From the NCBI GenBank assembly GCA_951406725.2, contig OX597834.1, positions 16,244,001 through 16,308,000 of the forward strand: a stretch of DNA of 64,000 bases, written 5' to 3'. A program made the position numbers and the translations under genes. The notes beneath the pieces are model-generated. The model was given only the letters and a program-made list of their open reading frames with translations. It was not told the DNA's origin and ran no database searches. Below, in pieces: positions 11,793-25,241 of this stretch. The stretch is from Octopus vulgaris. Taxonomy: Eukaryota. The first letter of the stretch is position 1. Each line of letters opens with the position of its first letter.

Positions 11793-13064
11793 AAACAAGT
11801 CAAGATAGAAAATGCTAAAATAATTTTATAAAGAACATTTCAGTACTGGTTTCAGACGTTTTCAACTGTAACAATTAAATAATTGAATTTAGAAAAATTA
11901 AAAGAAAAGTTTTTTTTTAAAAGAATATTTGTATAGTGTTCAAATATAAGTGGCATTTTCCTTGTTTCTGCCTTGCTTCTTGTATTACAAAATACAGGCC
12001 CCTTCTGAACGGGTCTACGACAAACGATATATCCACCTCGGCCCCAGAATAACACAAATACACACGCAAATATTACATTCCTAAGAATCCATTAAAAATC
12101 AGCCCCAATATATATATATATATATATAAAAATAATTAAAAGGGCGGGCAACAGGCTGCTTCGCCGCATACCGAAGGAATAAGAAATGGCAGTCAAAGAT
12201 ATATATATATATATTCTCTTAACATTATATCCATAAAACAATAATATATATACTTTCTTTTACTCTTAACATATCAACCCATTATATTGTACACCCTTTT
12301 TTTCATATATATATAATAAATCTCTTATGCAAAACATATGAATCTCAAAAATATTTTGTCAAGACAAACATTAATTTCAAAAAGTGAAAGCTACAAGAAA
12401 GTACATGATAAGTATATGTTTTCAAGCGGAAAGAAGAAAATCACAAACAAAAATGATTTCAAGAAAAGAATAATAATAAGAACAATAATGATAATAATAG
12501 TAATGGTAATAAATCTATGATGAAAATATAATGATAATCTGAGAATTTCCTTCAGTACTTAACGGTACTTACACGAAGAACAAAATTACCGTTTGAGTGT
12601 ATGTCATGTTTTACACAAGAACATATTGGAAAATTGTGATTATTATTATTATTATTATTGCTATATTGGAAAGGTGTTTTCTTGTTCTGTTCTTCATTTG
12701 CTATTTTTACGATTGTTTTTGATTTTGTTTTTTTTTGGGGGGGGGGGGGTCTTTAATGAATTTTAGGAAAATTTTAGATATTTTAACATTGTACAACGTT
12801 AAGATGAGAAAAAAGTAAAAAAAAAAAAAGAAAAGTACAGGATGCTATTTTGATGGGAGAAAAAGGAAGAAAAAAAAAAGGTGAAATGAATTAAAAATTT
12901 CCAAGCAATAAATTACTATACACGTTAAACAAAATCTTTTAGAGATTAAAAATTCTTATGTTACAAATCAATTTCCACACACCAGTGATGGAACTTTTTC
13001 TATGATGTTTCCTTGATCTGTTAGAAATGGCAACAAAATCTCTCTTAAATCACACCCTATGTCT

Positions 13065-13425
13065 GTCGTCATCACCATTTTAATATTCACGTTTTTGTGC
13101 CTACAGGGGCCAGATGGAATCCATTGAGGTAGGTTTTCTGAGACTGGATGCTCTTTCTATCACTGACCCTTAACTGTTTAACAAGTAAAATAACATTTCC
13201 TCTTGGTCAGAAGACTGGAAATGAATAACATCGCTTGTATGATGACATACACACAACTGCCAGCTGACTACCTTTCAGTTTCAGATCCTTTCAGTTTCTG
13301 TCTACAAAATCCACTCACAAGGCTCTGGTTGAGCAAGGACTATAGCAAAAGACAGTTTCCCAGTTCAGCGGAATTGAACTTCAGACCATGAGGCAGAGAA
13401 GCAAACTCCTTACCAAAAAGCCAAG
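13065..13425 (-). mobile_element. Old SINE: family A head with an RTE-type tail (family E)
   Basis: ctggatgctctttctatc..agaagactggaaatgaa is shared with 24227, 46405, 47353 and 53061, followed by a family A head remnant. Confidence 0.65.
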
Positions 13426-13520
13426 CATCTTTCCCAAAAGGGTTAGTTTGCACTGTAACATCAAATAAAAATGGCAAATTCTTAGAACTGGCAACTGAAC
13501 CACACAAATACATAGACATA

Positions 13521-13928
13521 CAGTAAGTACTCGCGGTTAAGTCACACATTTTTTTTAACAAAAATTTTGATAAAAATCAGGGGTGTGATCTATCCACTCA
13601 ACATCACAGGGATCTGAAGTATACAGCGACATATCAGTCGCCGAGCTGATTTATCAATTAGACTGCTTTCATAAAGTCACTTCAGTAAAAAAATGGTGAA
13701 TATTCGATATTTTCTTTTCTTTTATCTATTTTACTTGTTTCAGTCATTTGACTGTGGCCATGCTGGAGCACCACCTTTTAATCGAGCAAATCGACCCCAG
13801 TACTAATTCTTTGTGAGCCTAGTACTTATTCTATCATTCTCTTTTGCCGAACCGCTAAGTTACGGGGGACGTAAACACACCAGCATTGGTTGTCAAGTGA
13901 TGTTGGGGGGACAAACACAGACACACAA

Positions 13929-13961
<33 letters not shown>

Positions 13962-14265
13962 CATATATACGATGGGCTTCTTTCAGTTTCTGTCTACCAA
14001 ATCCACTCACAAGGCTTTGGTCGACCCGAGGCTATAGTAGAAGACACTTGCCCAAAGTGCCACATAGTGGGACTGAACCCGGAACCATGTGGTTGGTAAG
14101 CAAGTTACTTACCACACAGCCACTCCTGCGCCTTTGTTATATTTACATTAAAAAGGGCCCTGTAACTCCCTAGATTGTAATGTGACCTATTTGCGAGTCA
14201 ACCATAAATATCTGTTTTGACAACCGGAAACTGAGGGTTGGTCCTATCCATGAGTATATATATGG
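13521..14265. mobile_element. Possible Tc1/mariner-pogo type MITE interrupted by SINE A
   Basis: TA flanks; degenerate TIR cagtaagtactcgcggtta versus tatccatgagtatatatatgg. Confidence 0.5.
13714..14132 (-). mobile_element. SINE family A (full length)
   Basis: Collinear with 5503-5933; head ggcgcaggagtggctgtgtggtaag on the minus strand. Confidence 0.92.
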
Positions 14266-14540
14266 TATATGATGGCCTTTTTCAGCTCCCATCAATGAAA
14301 TCCACTCACAAGGCTTTGGTTGGCCCAGGGCTGTTGTAGAAGGTACTTGCCCAATGTACTATGCAGTTGGACTGAACCCAAGACTACAAGCTTCTCAACC
14401 ACACAGCCATGCTTGGACCTAGCATCTTAAAAGAAAACACAGATCATGTGGTTTTAGATTGGACCCAAATAAGAGGGGATGGTCATGGCAGTCAAGACAG
14501 ACTTAGGCCTAAACAACACTTTGTGCTACACTTGGTTTGC

Positions 14541-14676
14541 AGAGGTGTGTGGTTTAGCGGTTTGGGTGTTGGACTCATGATCATAAAATTGTGGTTTCAA
14601 TTCCTGGACCAGGTGACCCATTGTATTCTTGAGCAAATCACTTCATTTCACATTGCTCCAGTCCACTTGGCTGTAG
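14541..14676 (+). mobile_element. tRNA-headed CORE-like SINE fragment
   Basis: tggtttagcggtt (A box), ggtttcaattcc (B box), and ttcttgagcaaatcacttcatttcacattgctccagtccac as in 52693. Confidence 0.7.
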
Positions 14677-14814
14677 ATCGATGTTTCTAAGTGAGGGAAT
14701 ATTTCTCTATAATTAAACATATTTACACAGAAAACTGGAAACAAATGACACCACTAGTGTGACAGTGGCATTTGTCTACAATTATCACACTATATTAAAG
14801 CAAGGAGATAGTAA

Positions 14815-15046
14815 GACAGCGAGCTGGCAGAAACGTTAGCACGCCGGGCGAAATGTGTGGCCGTATTTCGTCTGTCGTTACATTCTGAGTTCAAATTTCG
14901 CCGAGGTCAACTTTGCCTTTCATCCTTTCGGGGTCGATCAATTAAGTACCAGTTACGCACTGGGGTCGATGTAATCGACTTAATCCCATTGTCTGTCCTT
15001 GTTTGTCCCCTCTGTGTTTAGCCTCCTTGTGGGTAGTAAAGAAATA
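14815..15046 (+). mobile_element. tRNA-derived SINE family B (monomer)
   Basis: gagctggcagaaacgttagc head, gagttcaaatt B box, central gcctttcatcctttcggggtcgat..aagtaccag block, tail ..gtaaagaaata. Confidence 0.9.
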
Positions 15047-15051
15047 TATAT

Positions 15052-15522
15052 ATCATCATCATTTAATGTCCATTCTCCATGCTGGCATGGGCTGGATGGT
15101 TTGACCAGGGCTGGCAAGCTGGAAGGCTGCACCAGACTCCAGTCGGATTTGGCATAGTTTCCACAGCTGGATGCCCTTCCTAACACCAACCACACTGAGA
15201 GTGTAACAGGTGCTTTTAATGTGCCACCGGCAAGGGTGCCATTTGCGTGACACCAGTATCTGCCACAAATGTGATTTTGCTTGTCCTGATGGGTCTCCTT
15301 CTCAAGCACAACATAATACCAAAGGTCTCAGTCATTGCCTCCGTGAGGCAAGAAGCTCAGCCAGTTTGCCTCTGTCAGGTCCAACACTCAAAAAGTGCTT
15401 TTACATGCCATGGGCACAGACGTTTCAGTCATTGCCTCTGTGATGCCCTACATTCGAAAGGATTTCAGCCACTTTGCCTCCAGAGGCCAGTTACATGACA
15501 CCAGCATCAGCTACGACTGTGA
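15052..15522 (-). mobile_element. RTE 3'-end derivative
   Basis: (atc)n, ctggatgcccttcctaacaccaacc and repeated tcagtcattgcctc modules. Confidence 0.85.
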
Positions 15523-15545
15523 TGAGTGTGTACATTTTTTTGTTC

Positions 15546-15725
15546 TTTGTGGAAATTTATAGAAAAACAAAAGACAAAGATAGGTGTATGAACAACAAGC
15601 AAGTGTATTAGTTTGATGCTCAGGAAAATGAAAAATCCTTTTTGTTTCAAACCAACGCTCCTCAACAGAAAGAATAAGAGGAAATAAACAGAGAGAGAAT
15701 GAAAAAAAACTTGTAGATTTCAGCA
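15546..15725 (-). mobile_element. Short Penelope pseudo-LTR-like element with a decayed hammerhead motif
   Basis: Homologous to 37359-37568 (ttcctgagc..taatac..ttgtt); minus strand reads ctgttgaggagcgttggtttgaaac. Confidence 0.55.
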
Positions 15726-15761
15726 GTCCTTATACACATATGATGGGCTTCTTTCAGTTTC

Positions 15762-16177
15762 TTATTTCTTTACTGCCTGCAAGGGGCTATACACAGAGGG
15801 GACAAACAAGGACAGACAAACGGATTAAGTCAATTATATTGACCCCAGTGCATAACTGGAACTTATTTAATCAAGCCCAGAAGGATGAAAGGCAAAGTGG
15901 ACCTCGGCGGAATTTGAACTCAGAATGTAGCAGCAGACGAAATACCTATTTCTTTACTACACACAAGGGGCTAAACACAGAGAGGACAAACAAAGACAGA
16001 CAAATGGATTAAGTCGATTATATCGACCCCAGTGCGTAACTGGTACTTATTTAATCGACCTCAAAAGGATGAAAGGCAAAGTCAACCTCGGCGGAATTTG
16101 AACTCAGAACATAACGGCAGTCGAAATACCGCTAAGCATTTCGCCTGGCATGCCAAACGTTTCTGCCAGCTGACTGC
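15762..16177 (-). mobile_element. SINE family B, head plus duplicated body (dimer)
   Basis: Two ~184-bp bodies joined at gaaatacctatttc (15939-15952); TSD ctttcagtttc at 15751-15761 and 16178-16188. Confidence 0.9.
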
Positions 16178-16838
16178 CTTTCAGTTTCGGACTCTTTTAG
16201 TTTCTGTCTACAAAATCCACTCACAAAGTTCTGGTTGAGCAAGGACTATAGCAAAAGACACTTTCCCAGTTCAGCAGAATTGAACTTCAGACCATGAGGC
16301 GGAGAAGCAAACTCCTTACCAAAAAGCCAAGCGTCTTTCCCAAAAGGGTTAGTTTGCACTGCAACATCAAATAAAAGTGGCAAATTCTTAGAACTGGCAA
16401 CTGAACCATAAGAACTCAATGACACACTCCCAGCACTCAGTCACACACAGAAACAAACACACACACACAAGGCTTTCTTTGAGTGTGTGTGTGTGTGTCT
16501 AATCTAATTTACATTACAAAGTTTCAAAAAAAAAAATATTAAGAAGCTACATTAAAAAGCACCAACAACCACCCATAAAAGTTAGATACTCATAAATAGG
16601 CAGGAAAATTTGCTTTTAACGATGATATCTAGACAAAATTAAAATGTACAAACAAATAAATAAATTAAATGAAAATAAAGATGAATAAATAAATAAATGA
16701 ACAAACCACTACAGAGGAAAAAGAATAAAGAAAAAAAAACCGATGTGTAGATGAAGAGATGTAACTTAAGTGTTGACCAAGCATTTTATGTTTTAGAAGT
16801 AGTCTATAGTAAAAAAAAATTTTTTAAGTAATTATATA

Positions 16839-16869
<31 letters not shown>

Positions 16870-17119
16870 GGTACATATAAATGTTTCATGAAAAAAAGAC
16901 TACTTTTACGAATATATCATACAGAGTCATTTAGTAAAGGGCGGTGAAAGTGAGTAAGGTGGGGTGGGAGAGAATGGATAAAATAATGAAGAGGTGTCAC
17001 AGGTAGGAGCCGAAACAAGAGAAGATATGAGAGGAAAGGAGGGGACAAAAAAAGTAGGGTGGTTGTACATTATATTATATTGTAAAAGAACAGGGTGGCT
17101 TAGACTGAGATGGGCACAA

Positions 17120-17665
17120 TATTACATATACATATATATCATAATTATGTACATACATGTATATGTCATACGATATACATACATATACCATAGATATGTT
17201 ATACACACACATATATATATATATATATATCATACAATGTATATATGTTATATACATATATTATATGATATATATATACTATTCATACACACACACACAC
17301 ATATATATATCATATGATATATGTTATATACATATATATATATATATATATTATACATATATACATACATATATATTATATACATCTATTATTATATATA
17401 TATAAACACACGCATATATATTATATGTGCACACACACACATATATCATATATACATATTATACACACATGCACATATCTCATATACATACATTATACAC
17501 TTACATATTATATACATACATTATACATACACACACACACTCATACACACATATATATATACACATACATATATATTCATAAATACATACATGTATGTGT
17601 GGATATACATATATATATAGACCCATACAAATACACACATATATATATACACCTACACATAAATA
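17120..17665. repeat. Degenerate TA/CA low-complexity tract
   Basis: Direct reading. Confidence 0.85.
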
Positions 17666-18374
17666 TCTTTACTTAGAGTTGAGTTTTTGCTTTGGATTTT
17701 TCTCTAGATTTTTTTGGCCTTTTTTTTTTCTTCAATACCGAATTATATTTTTATTTTCCTCCTCTTCCTTCTCTCCTTCCTTCCTCACTTCCTCTCCATT
17801 CTAGAGACTAAAACTTAAAAGACAACCAACTAAACTAAAAGTTATTCCGATGATTTATCCTTTTCACAGATAAATTCACTTCATTGTTGCTGCTGTTGTT
17901 GTTGTTGTTGTTGTTGCCGGCGCTGTTGTTGTTTTGAAACTTTAGTCTGCATATTTTATTTATAGTATGTCTTGCTTATTTTAATTGATTTTTCTCTATT
18001 TTTTTTTTTTAACATTCTCTCCGCCTCACCCCCCCCCCCCACCAATTTTACAGTCAGGATTATTTTTCATTAGATTTCATTCTATTTTATTTTATTCTCA
18101 TTCGAAGATGTTTAAGTAAGGAAGAAAATGCATAAATTACTGGTGCAATAAGCGGTATCAATAGTTAATTTGTCGTTGTGTGAGTGTGTGTAAAAATATA
18201 CATGCATATATAAACATATATATATATATATATATATGTGTGTATGCATGTCTGTGTGTGTCTATCTGTGTGCGTCAGTGTGCCTCTGTGTGTGTATGTG
18301 CATGCGTGTAAATATATACATGCATATACATATGCAAATATACATACATTTATATATATTTATATCAACAAAAG

Positions 18375-18600
18375 TGTGTGTGTGTGTGTTGTGTGTGAGT
18401 GTGTGTTGTGTGTGAGTGTGTGTGTGAGTGTGTGTGTGTGAGTGTGTGTTGTGTGTGAGTGTGTGTGTGAGTGCGTGTGTGTGTGTGTGTGTGTGTCTGC
18501 CTAGCTACCTGTGTGTGTGTGCCTAGCTACCTGTGTGTGTGCCTAGCTACCTGTGTGTGTGTGTGTGCCCAGTTATCTATGCGTGTGTGTGTGTGTGTGC
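18375..18600. repeat. (TG)n tract with three gcctagctacctgtgtg-type units
   Basis: Direct reading. Confidence 0.85.
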
Positions 18601-19334
18601 AAGTGCATTTCTGATATATGTAACATATAGACACACACACACATACGCACATGCACACACACACACACATATATATATGCGCAGATATAAAGACACACAT
18701 GCACACACATCTAACTCTTAGTATGTGGGTGTTTATGTGTCTTATATGTATGAACATGCACATTCACACACACACATACAAACATAAACGTACGTACACA
18801 CATACATGTATCTCATTCTCGGTGTGTGCGTGTGCTTGCGTATCTTTCTCATATATGTATATCAGATACACACACACACACAGATACATACACACACATA
18901 CAATGTATGTATACAGGTAATCGCACACGCATACACATATACACACAAGCAATAAAAGAAAACTACTTATATACCCAAAGACAATCATTATAAAAGTAAA
19001 AAACAAAACAAAAACAAATAAAATAAACAAATAAATAAATGATGAGGAAAGATTAGTTCTGAAGATGGGGGAGGGGAGTGAAAAACAAAAAAGAAAAACC
19101 AAAAACAAAGCAACAAAACTAAAAAAAAAACAAAAGAAAAAGAAAGCGAGGGAAAGCAAGGAGGTTTGGCAAAGTAGAAGATGGATGGTGGAGAAGGAGG
19201 AGGGCATCCAAAACGCATAAATTAGGGGGCAATTGAAGGTATAAAATATTCAAAATGTTTTATGATAAATGACAAAATGAAAGCAAAAACGGGAAGAACA
19301 GAAGACAGTCAAAGAAACAAACAGATGTAAATAG

Positions 19335-19380
19335 ATATACATATACATACATATATATATACATATATATATATACACAC

Positions 19381-19434
<54 letters not shown>

Positions 19435-19480
19435 ACAATATATATTATATAATATATATATTATATATATATATATAATA

Positions 19481-19524
<44 letters not shown>

Positions 19525-19528
19525 TATA

Positions 19529-19588
<60 letters not shown>

Positions 19589-19845
19589 TATATATATAAT
19601 ATACTATATGTATAATATATATATTATATGTATATAATATATACATATATATATAATATACTATATGTATAATATATATATTATATATATATATTATACA
19701 TAGATGATGATAATTATATATATATATTATATATATGTATTATATATATATATATAATATATATATAATACATATATTATAATATATATATAATCATCAT
19801 CATCTATGTATAATATATATATATATAATATAATATATATATACA
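19335..19845. repeat. TA-rich tract containing a ~150-bp palindrome
   Basis: atacatagatgatgataatt (19696) is mirrored by aatcatcatcatctatgtat (19792). Confidence 0.85.
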
Positions 19846-20017
19846 CACACTGTTTTCTCTTTCTGTATTTGTATTTTGTTTTGATTTGTTTATTGTTTTT
19901 GTTGAGTTATTTGGGGGGCTGCATTTTTTAATGTTGAAACCACCAAACAAGAGAGTCTATTAAGAACTGTAACAGAACATCGGATATTCATATTTGCATT
20001 ATTATTGTCATGGTTGA

Positions 20018-20331
20018 GGCAGTATTTGCTGGTAGTCCTTTTCCTTGCGAGTTCAAATCTGGTCCAAGCCAAACTTGCCTTTCATTCTTCTAGTGCTATT
20101 AAGGTCAAACATGCCTTCCATTTTTCTTGTCCTGTTGAGGTTAAACTGGCCTTTAATTCTCGTATCCATGTGGCTGTGTGGTAAGTAGCTTGCTAAACAA
20201 CCACATGGTTCCGGGTTCAGTCCCACTGCGTGGCATCTTGGGCAAGTGTCTTCTGCTATAGCCCCGAGCCGACCAATGCCTTGTGAGTGGATTTAGTAGA
20301 CGGAAATTGAAAGAAGCCTGTCGTATATATG

Positions 20332-20364
<33 letters not shown>

Positions 20365-20790
20365 TTGTGTATCTGTGCTTGTCCCCCTAGCATTGCTTGA
20401 CAACCGATGCTGGTGTGTTTACGTCCCCGTCACTTAGCAGTTCGGCAAAGAGACTGATAGAATAAGTACTGGGCTTACAAAGAATAAGTGCCGGGGTCAA
20501 TTTGCTCGACTAAAGGCGGTGCTCCAGCATGGCCGCAGTCAAATGACTGAAACAAGTAAAAAGTAAAAGAGTAAGAGTATGTCGAGATAAAACTTGATCT
20601 ACCTTCCTTCTTTTTAGTCCTGTCAAGGTCAAACTTGCCTTTCATTCTTGAAACGCCTGTCGAGGTCAAACTTTCCTTTTCTTCTCCAAGCCCTGTTGCG
20701 GTCAACCTTGCCTTTCATCTCCGGTATCAATGCAATCGACTAGCCCCTTGCCCCCTAAAATTTCAGGCATTTTGCCAATAGCGCAATTAC
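20018..20790 (+). mobile_element. Old SINE family B with an internal ~37-bp tandem array, interrupted by SINE A
   Basis: About 7 units of gaggtcaaacttgcctttcattctt; B tail aatcgactagcccc..aaatttcaggc. Confidence 0.7.
20168..20577 (+). mobile_element. SINE family A (near full length)
   Basis: gtggctgtgtggtaagtagc...gactgaaacaagtaaaaagtaaaagag. Confidence 0.92.
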
Positions 20791-20809
20791 GATTATCCTT
20801 ATAATCAAT

Positions 20810-21012
20810 ATGGCAAGCTGGCACAATTATTTGCACACTGGGCAAAACGCTTGGTAGCATTTTGTGTCTTCATGTTCTGAGTTCAAATTCCACCGAGGTC
20901 TGCTTCATTTGCAATCATTTTGAGGGGACTCAACAAAATAAGTACCAATTGAGCACTGATGTAATTGACAAGCTCCCTTTGCCCAAAATTTCAGGCCTTG
21001 TGCCGATAACAG
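20810..21012 (+). mobile_element. Old SINE family B
   Basis: ggcaagctggcac head, ttctgagttcaaattccaccgaggtc, aataagtacca, aaatttcaggccttgtgcc. Confidence 0.75.
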
Positions 21013-21072
21013 AAACTTCTTACCAAACAGCCACATTTGCGCCTTATTTTTATTTTCCTTATCGTTTTCATT

Positions 21073-21469
21073 CTCTTTTACTCTTTTACTTGTTTCAGTC
21101 ATTTGACTGCGGCCATGCTGGAGCACCGCCTTTAGTCGAGCAACTCGACCCACGGGACTTATTCTTTTTGTAAGCCCAGTACTTATTCTATCGGTCTCTT
21201 TTTGCCGAACCGCTAAGTGACGGGGACATAAACACACCAGCATCGGTTGTCAAGCAATGCTAGGGGAACAAACACAGACACACAAACACACACACACACA
21301 TATATGTATATACATATATACGACAGGCTTCTTTCAGTTTCCGTCTACCAAGTCCACTCACAAGGCATTGGTCAGCCCGGGGCTATAGCAGAAGACACTT
21401 GCCCAAGATGCCACGCAGTGGGACTGAACCAGGAACCATGTGGTTGGTTAGCAAGCTACTTACCACACA
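21073..21469 (-). mobile_element. SINE family A
   Basis: Collinear with 5503-5933. Confidence 0.92.
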
Positions 21470-21928
21470 ATTGGTTCACAGTAACCAGTAAAAGGGATTT
21501 TCACTATTTCCATTATCAACACAACCCCCAACCAGAAATACATATTCCCACACATTAAACTGATTTTCTGCTTGCTTAACAAAAGCTATGAAATGCATTT
21601 GTTGTAATTATTAAATACAGAACTACATACACGAACACAAATATAGAATTACGTAAACACATATACACATATATATATTTTTTCACACACGTGTGTGTGC
21701 ATATACATACATACATACATACATGCGTACATACACAGATATAGAAACATGAAAAATGTATGTGCCTATGCTAGTATATATAATCAATAAACATGCACAT
21801 ATATATACACATGCACGTGTAAATGTGTATATATATAGGCATGACAAGTGTGAATAAATAATGAGTTACATAAAGGTAAACAAAATATGCTTGTACGTGA
21901 TTAAATTTTAATCATAATTAGTATATTA

Positions 21929-21963
<35 letters not shown>

Positions 21964-22038
21964 GTTGTTATTATTATTGATAATAACGATGCAGAAAGTG
22001 AGTAAAAGAAAGGTGAAAAAAGAAGATTAGGTTGATGA

Positions 22039-22083
<45 letters not shown>

Positions 22084-22227
22084 CAGATGGATAGATATAA
22101 ATATGTTTGGATATGTGTGTACATATGAGTGAAGGAAAGAGAGAGGCAAAATGAGCACAGTGAAAGAAAGAAAGAAGGAAGGAAAGATTTGAGTAAAAAT
22201 GTGTAAATGGAAGATGAGGTGAACAGC

Positions 22228-23415
<1,188 letters not shown>

Positions 23416-24066
23416 AATTCATCAAACCAAAAGCACATATTTAAACAAAAAACAAAAGCAACAAACAACAAATAACAACAACAACAACGACAACACCAAC
23501 AACAACAACGACATCAAAACCTCAAGAATCCTACTCGTGTTCTTTACACATAAATGGAAAACAGCCAGGCAAAATAGATGTCACCGGAATATATAGTGTG
23601 CAACAGGAAATTTTTCCGGCGCCATATTTTTCTGAAGTATTTGCAGAGTGCAAAACAGCAATAATTTTTCTTGTGCCAGCTTCAGTTGCGATTGTTTTTT
23701 GGTGTTATTGTTCTTGATATTCTTTAGTTAAGTGGTGTGGGTTTGGGGGGTAAGGAGGTTTTTTGGGGGTTTTTTTTTTTAATGGCACAATTATGGAAGT
23801 CGGTCTAGTTTTGTTCTATATTTTATTTCTACTTTCTTTTTTTTCTTTTTTTTTTTACATGCTGGTTGTCTTGGGAGTGTGGGGTGGGTTCTTGTTTTTG
23901 TTGTTGTTTTTGTTGTTGTTGTTGTCGGTGCTTATCTAAAAATGCCCAAGAACTGCAGAACAATTTCCGCAAGTAAATAGCATTATATATATATCATCAT
24001 CATCATCATCATCATCATATATATGTTGTGTGGGTGTGTGTGTGTGTGTACATGTGTGAGAGAGTG

Positions 24067-24101
<35 letters not shown>

Positions 24102-24184
24102 AGAAAGAGAGAGAGAGAGAGAGACAGGGAGAAAGAGTCAAGCAGAAACTAGTGGTGGTGGGGAAGACAGACAGACAGAAATAG

Positions 24185-24219
<35 letters not shown>

Positions 24220-24226
24220 CACACAC

Positions 24227-24385
24227 ATGCCCTTTCTGTCGCCAACCCTCACCTGTTTTCAAGCAAGGTAATATTTCCTCATAGCTAGACGTGTTTTTCA
24301 CAGAAGACTGGAAACAAACAACATCACTTGTATGACGATGATGATGAGGAGGATGATAACGATGACGCTCATTTACAACCATCAC
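24227..24385 (-). mobile_element. SINE family E tail fragment
   Basis: atgccctttctgtcgccaaccctcacctgttttcaagcaaggtaatatttcc..cagaagactggaaac. Confidence 0.7.
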
Positions 24386-24629
24386 TATGTATGTATGTAT
24401 GTATGTATGTATGTGTGTGTGTATGTATATGTATGTATGTATGTGTGTGTGTGTGTATATGTATGTATGTATATATGTATATATATGTATGTATGTATGT
24501 ATATATGTATATATATGTATGTATATATGTATGTATATATGTATATATGTATGTATGTATATATGTATATATATGTATGTATGTATGTATGTGTGTATGT
24601 ATATGTATGTATGTATGTGTGTGTGTATG

Positions 24630-24661
<32 letters not shown>

Positions 24662-24800
24662 TGTATATATGTATATATATATGTATGTATATATGTATAT
24701 ATATGTATGTATGTATATATATGTATGTATGTATATATGTATATATATGTATATATGTATATATATGTATGTAGGTATGTATGTGAGAGTGTGTGTGTAC
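24386..24800. repeat. (TATG)n compound microsatellite
   Basis: Direct reading. Confidence 0.95.
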
Positions 24801-25241
24801 ATGTATATGCAGATAGACAGAAATAGGTAATGTATATATCTATGTATAGCTATGTACAATTGTATATATGTGTAACCATGCATGTATATATATACACACT
24901 GGTGAAATCCCATTACATAAAATAACAGTACAACAAACTTTACAGTATAATACTTTTGTTTGTTTTTTTATTTCTTTTGGTTTGATTTTCTTTTCTTTTT
25001 TTCCCCCCCAAATTCCTAAACGTTATCTTTACTGACACAACATTAAATCAAATCTCATTACAAAGAATAATAATTCCAGAACAACAGACCAACACTAAAC
25101 CCCTAAACAGCCAAAATTTCATGCCAGAACAGAAAATAGAAAAATAAAAAACAGCATATACTTCATTGTAAAGTCTTGTTAAGTCAAATATATATTAACT
25201 GAGACACAACATTCAGATAGAAATCTAGCAGACATCCTTAA

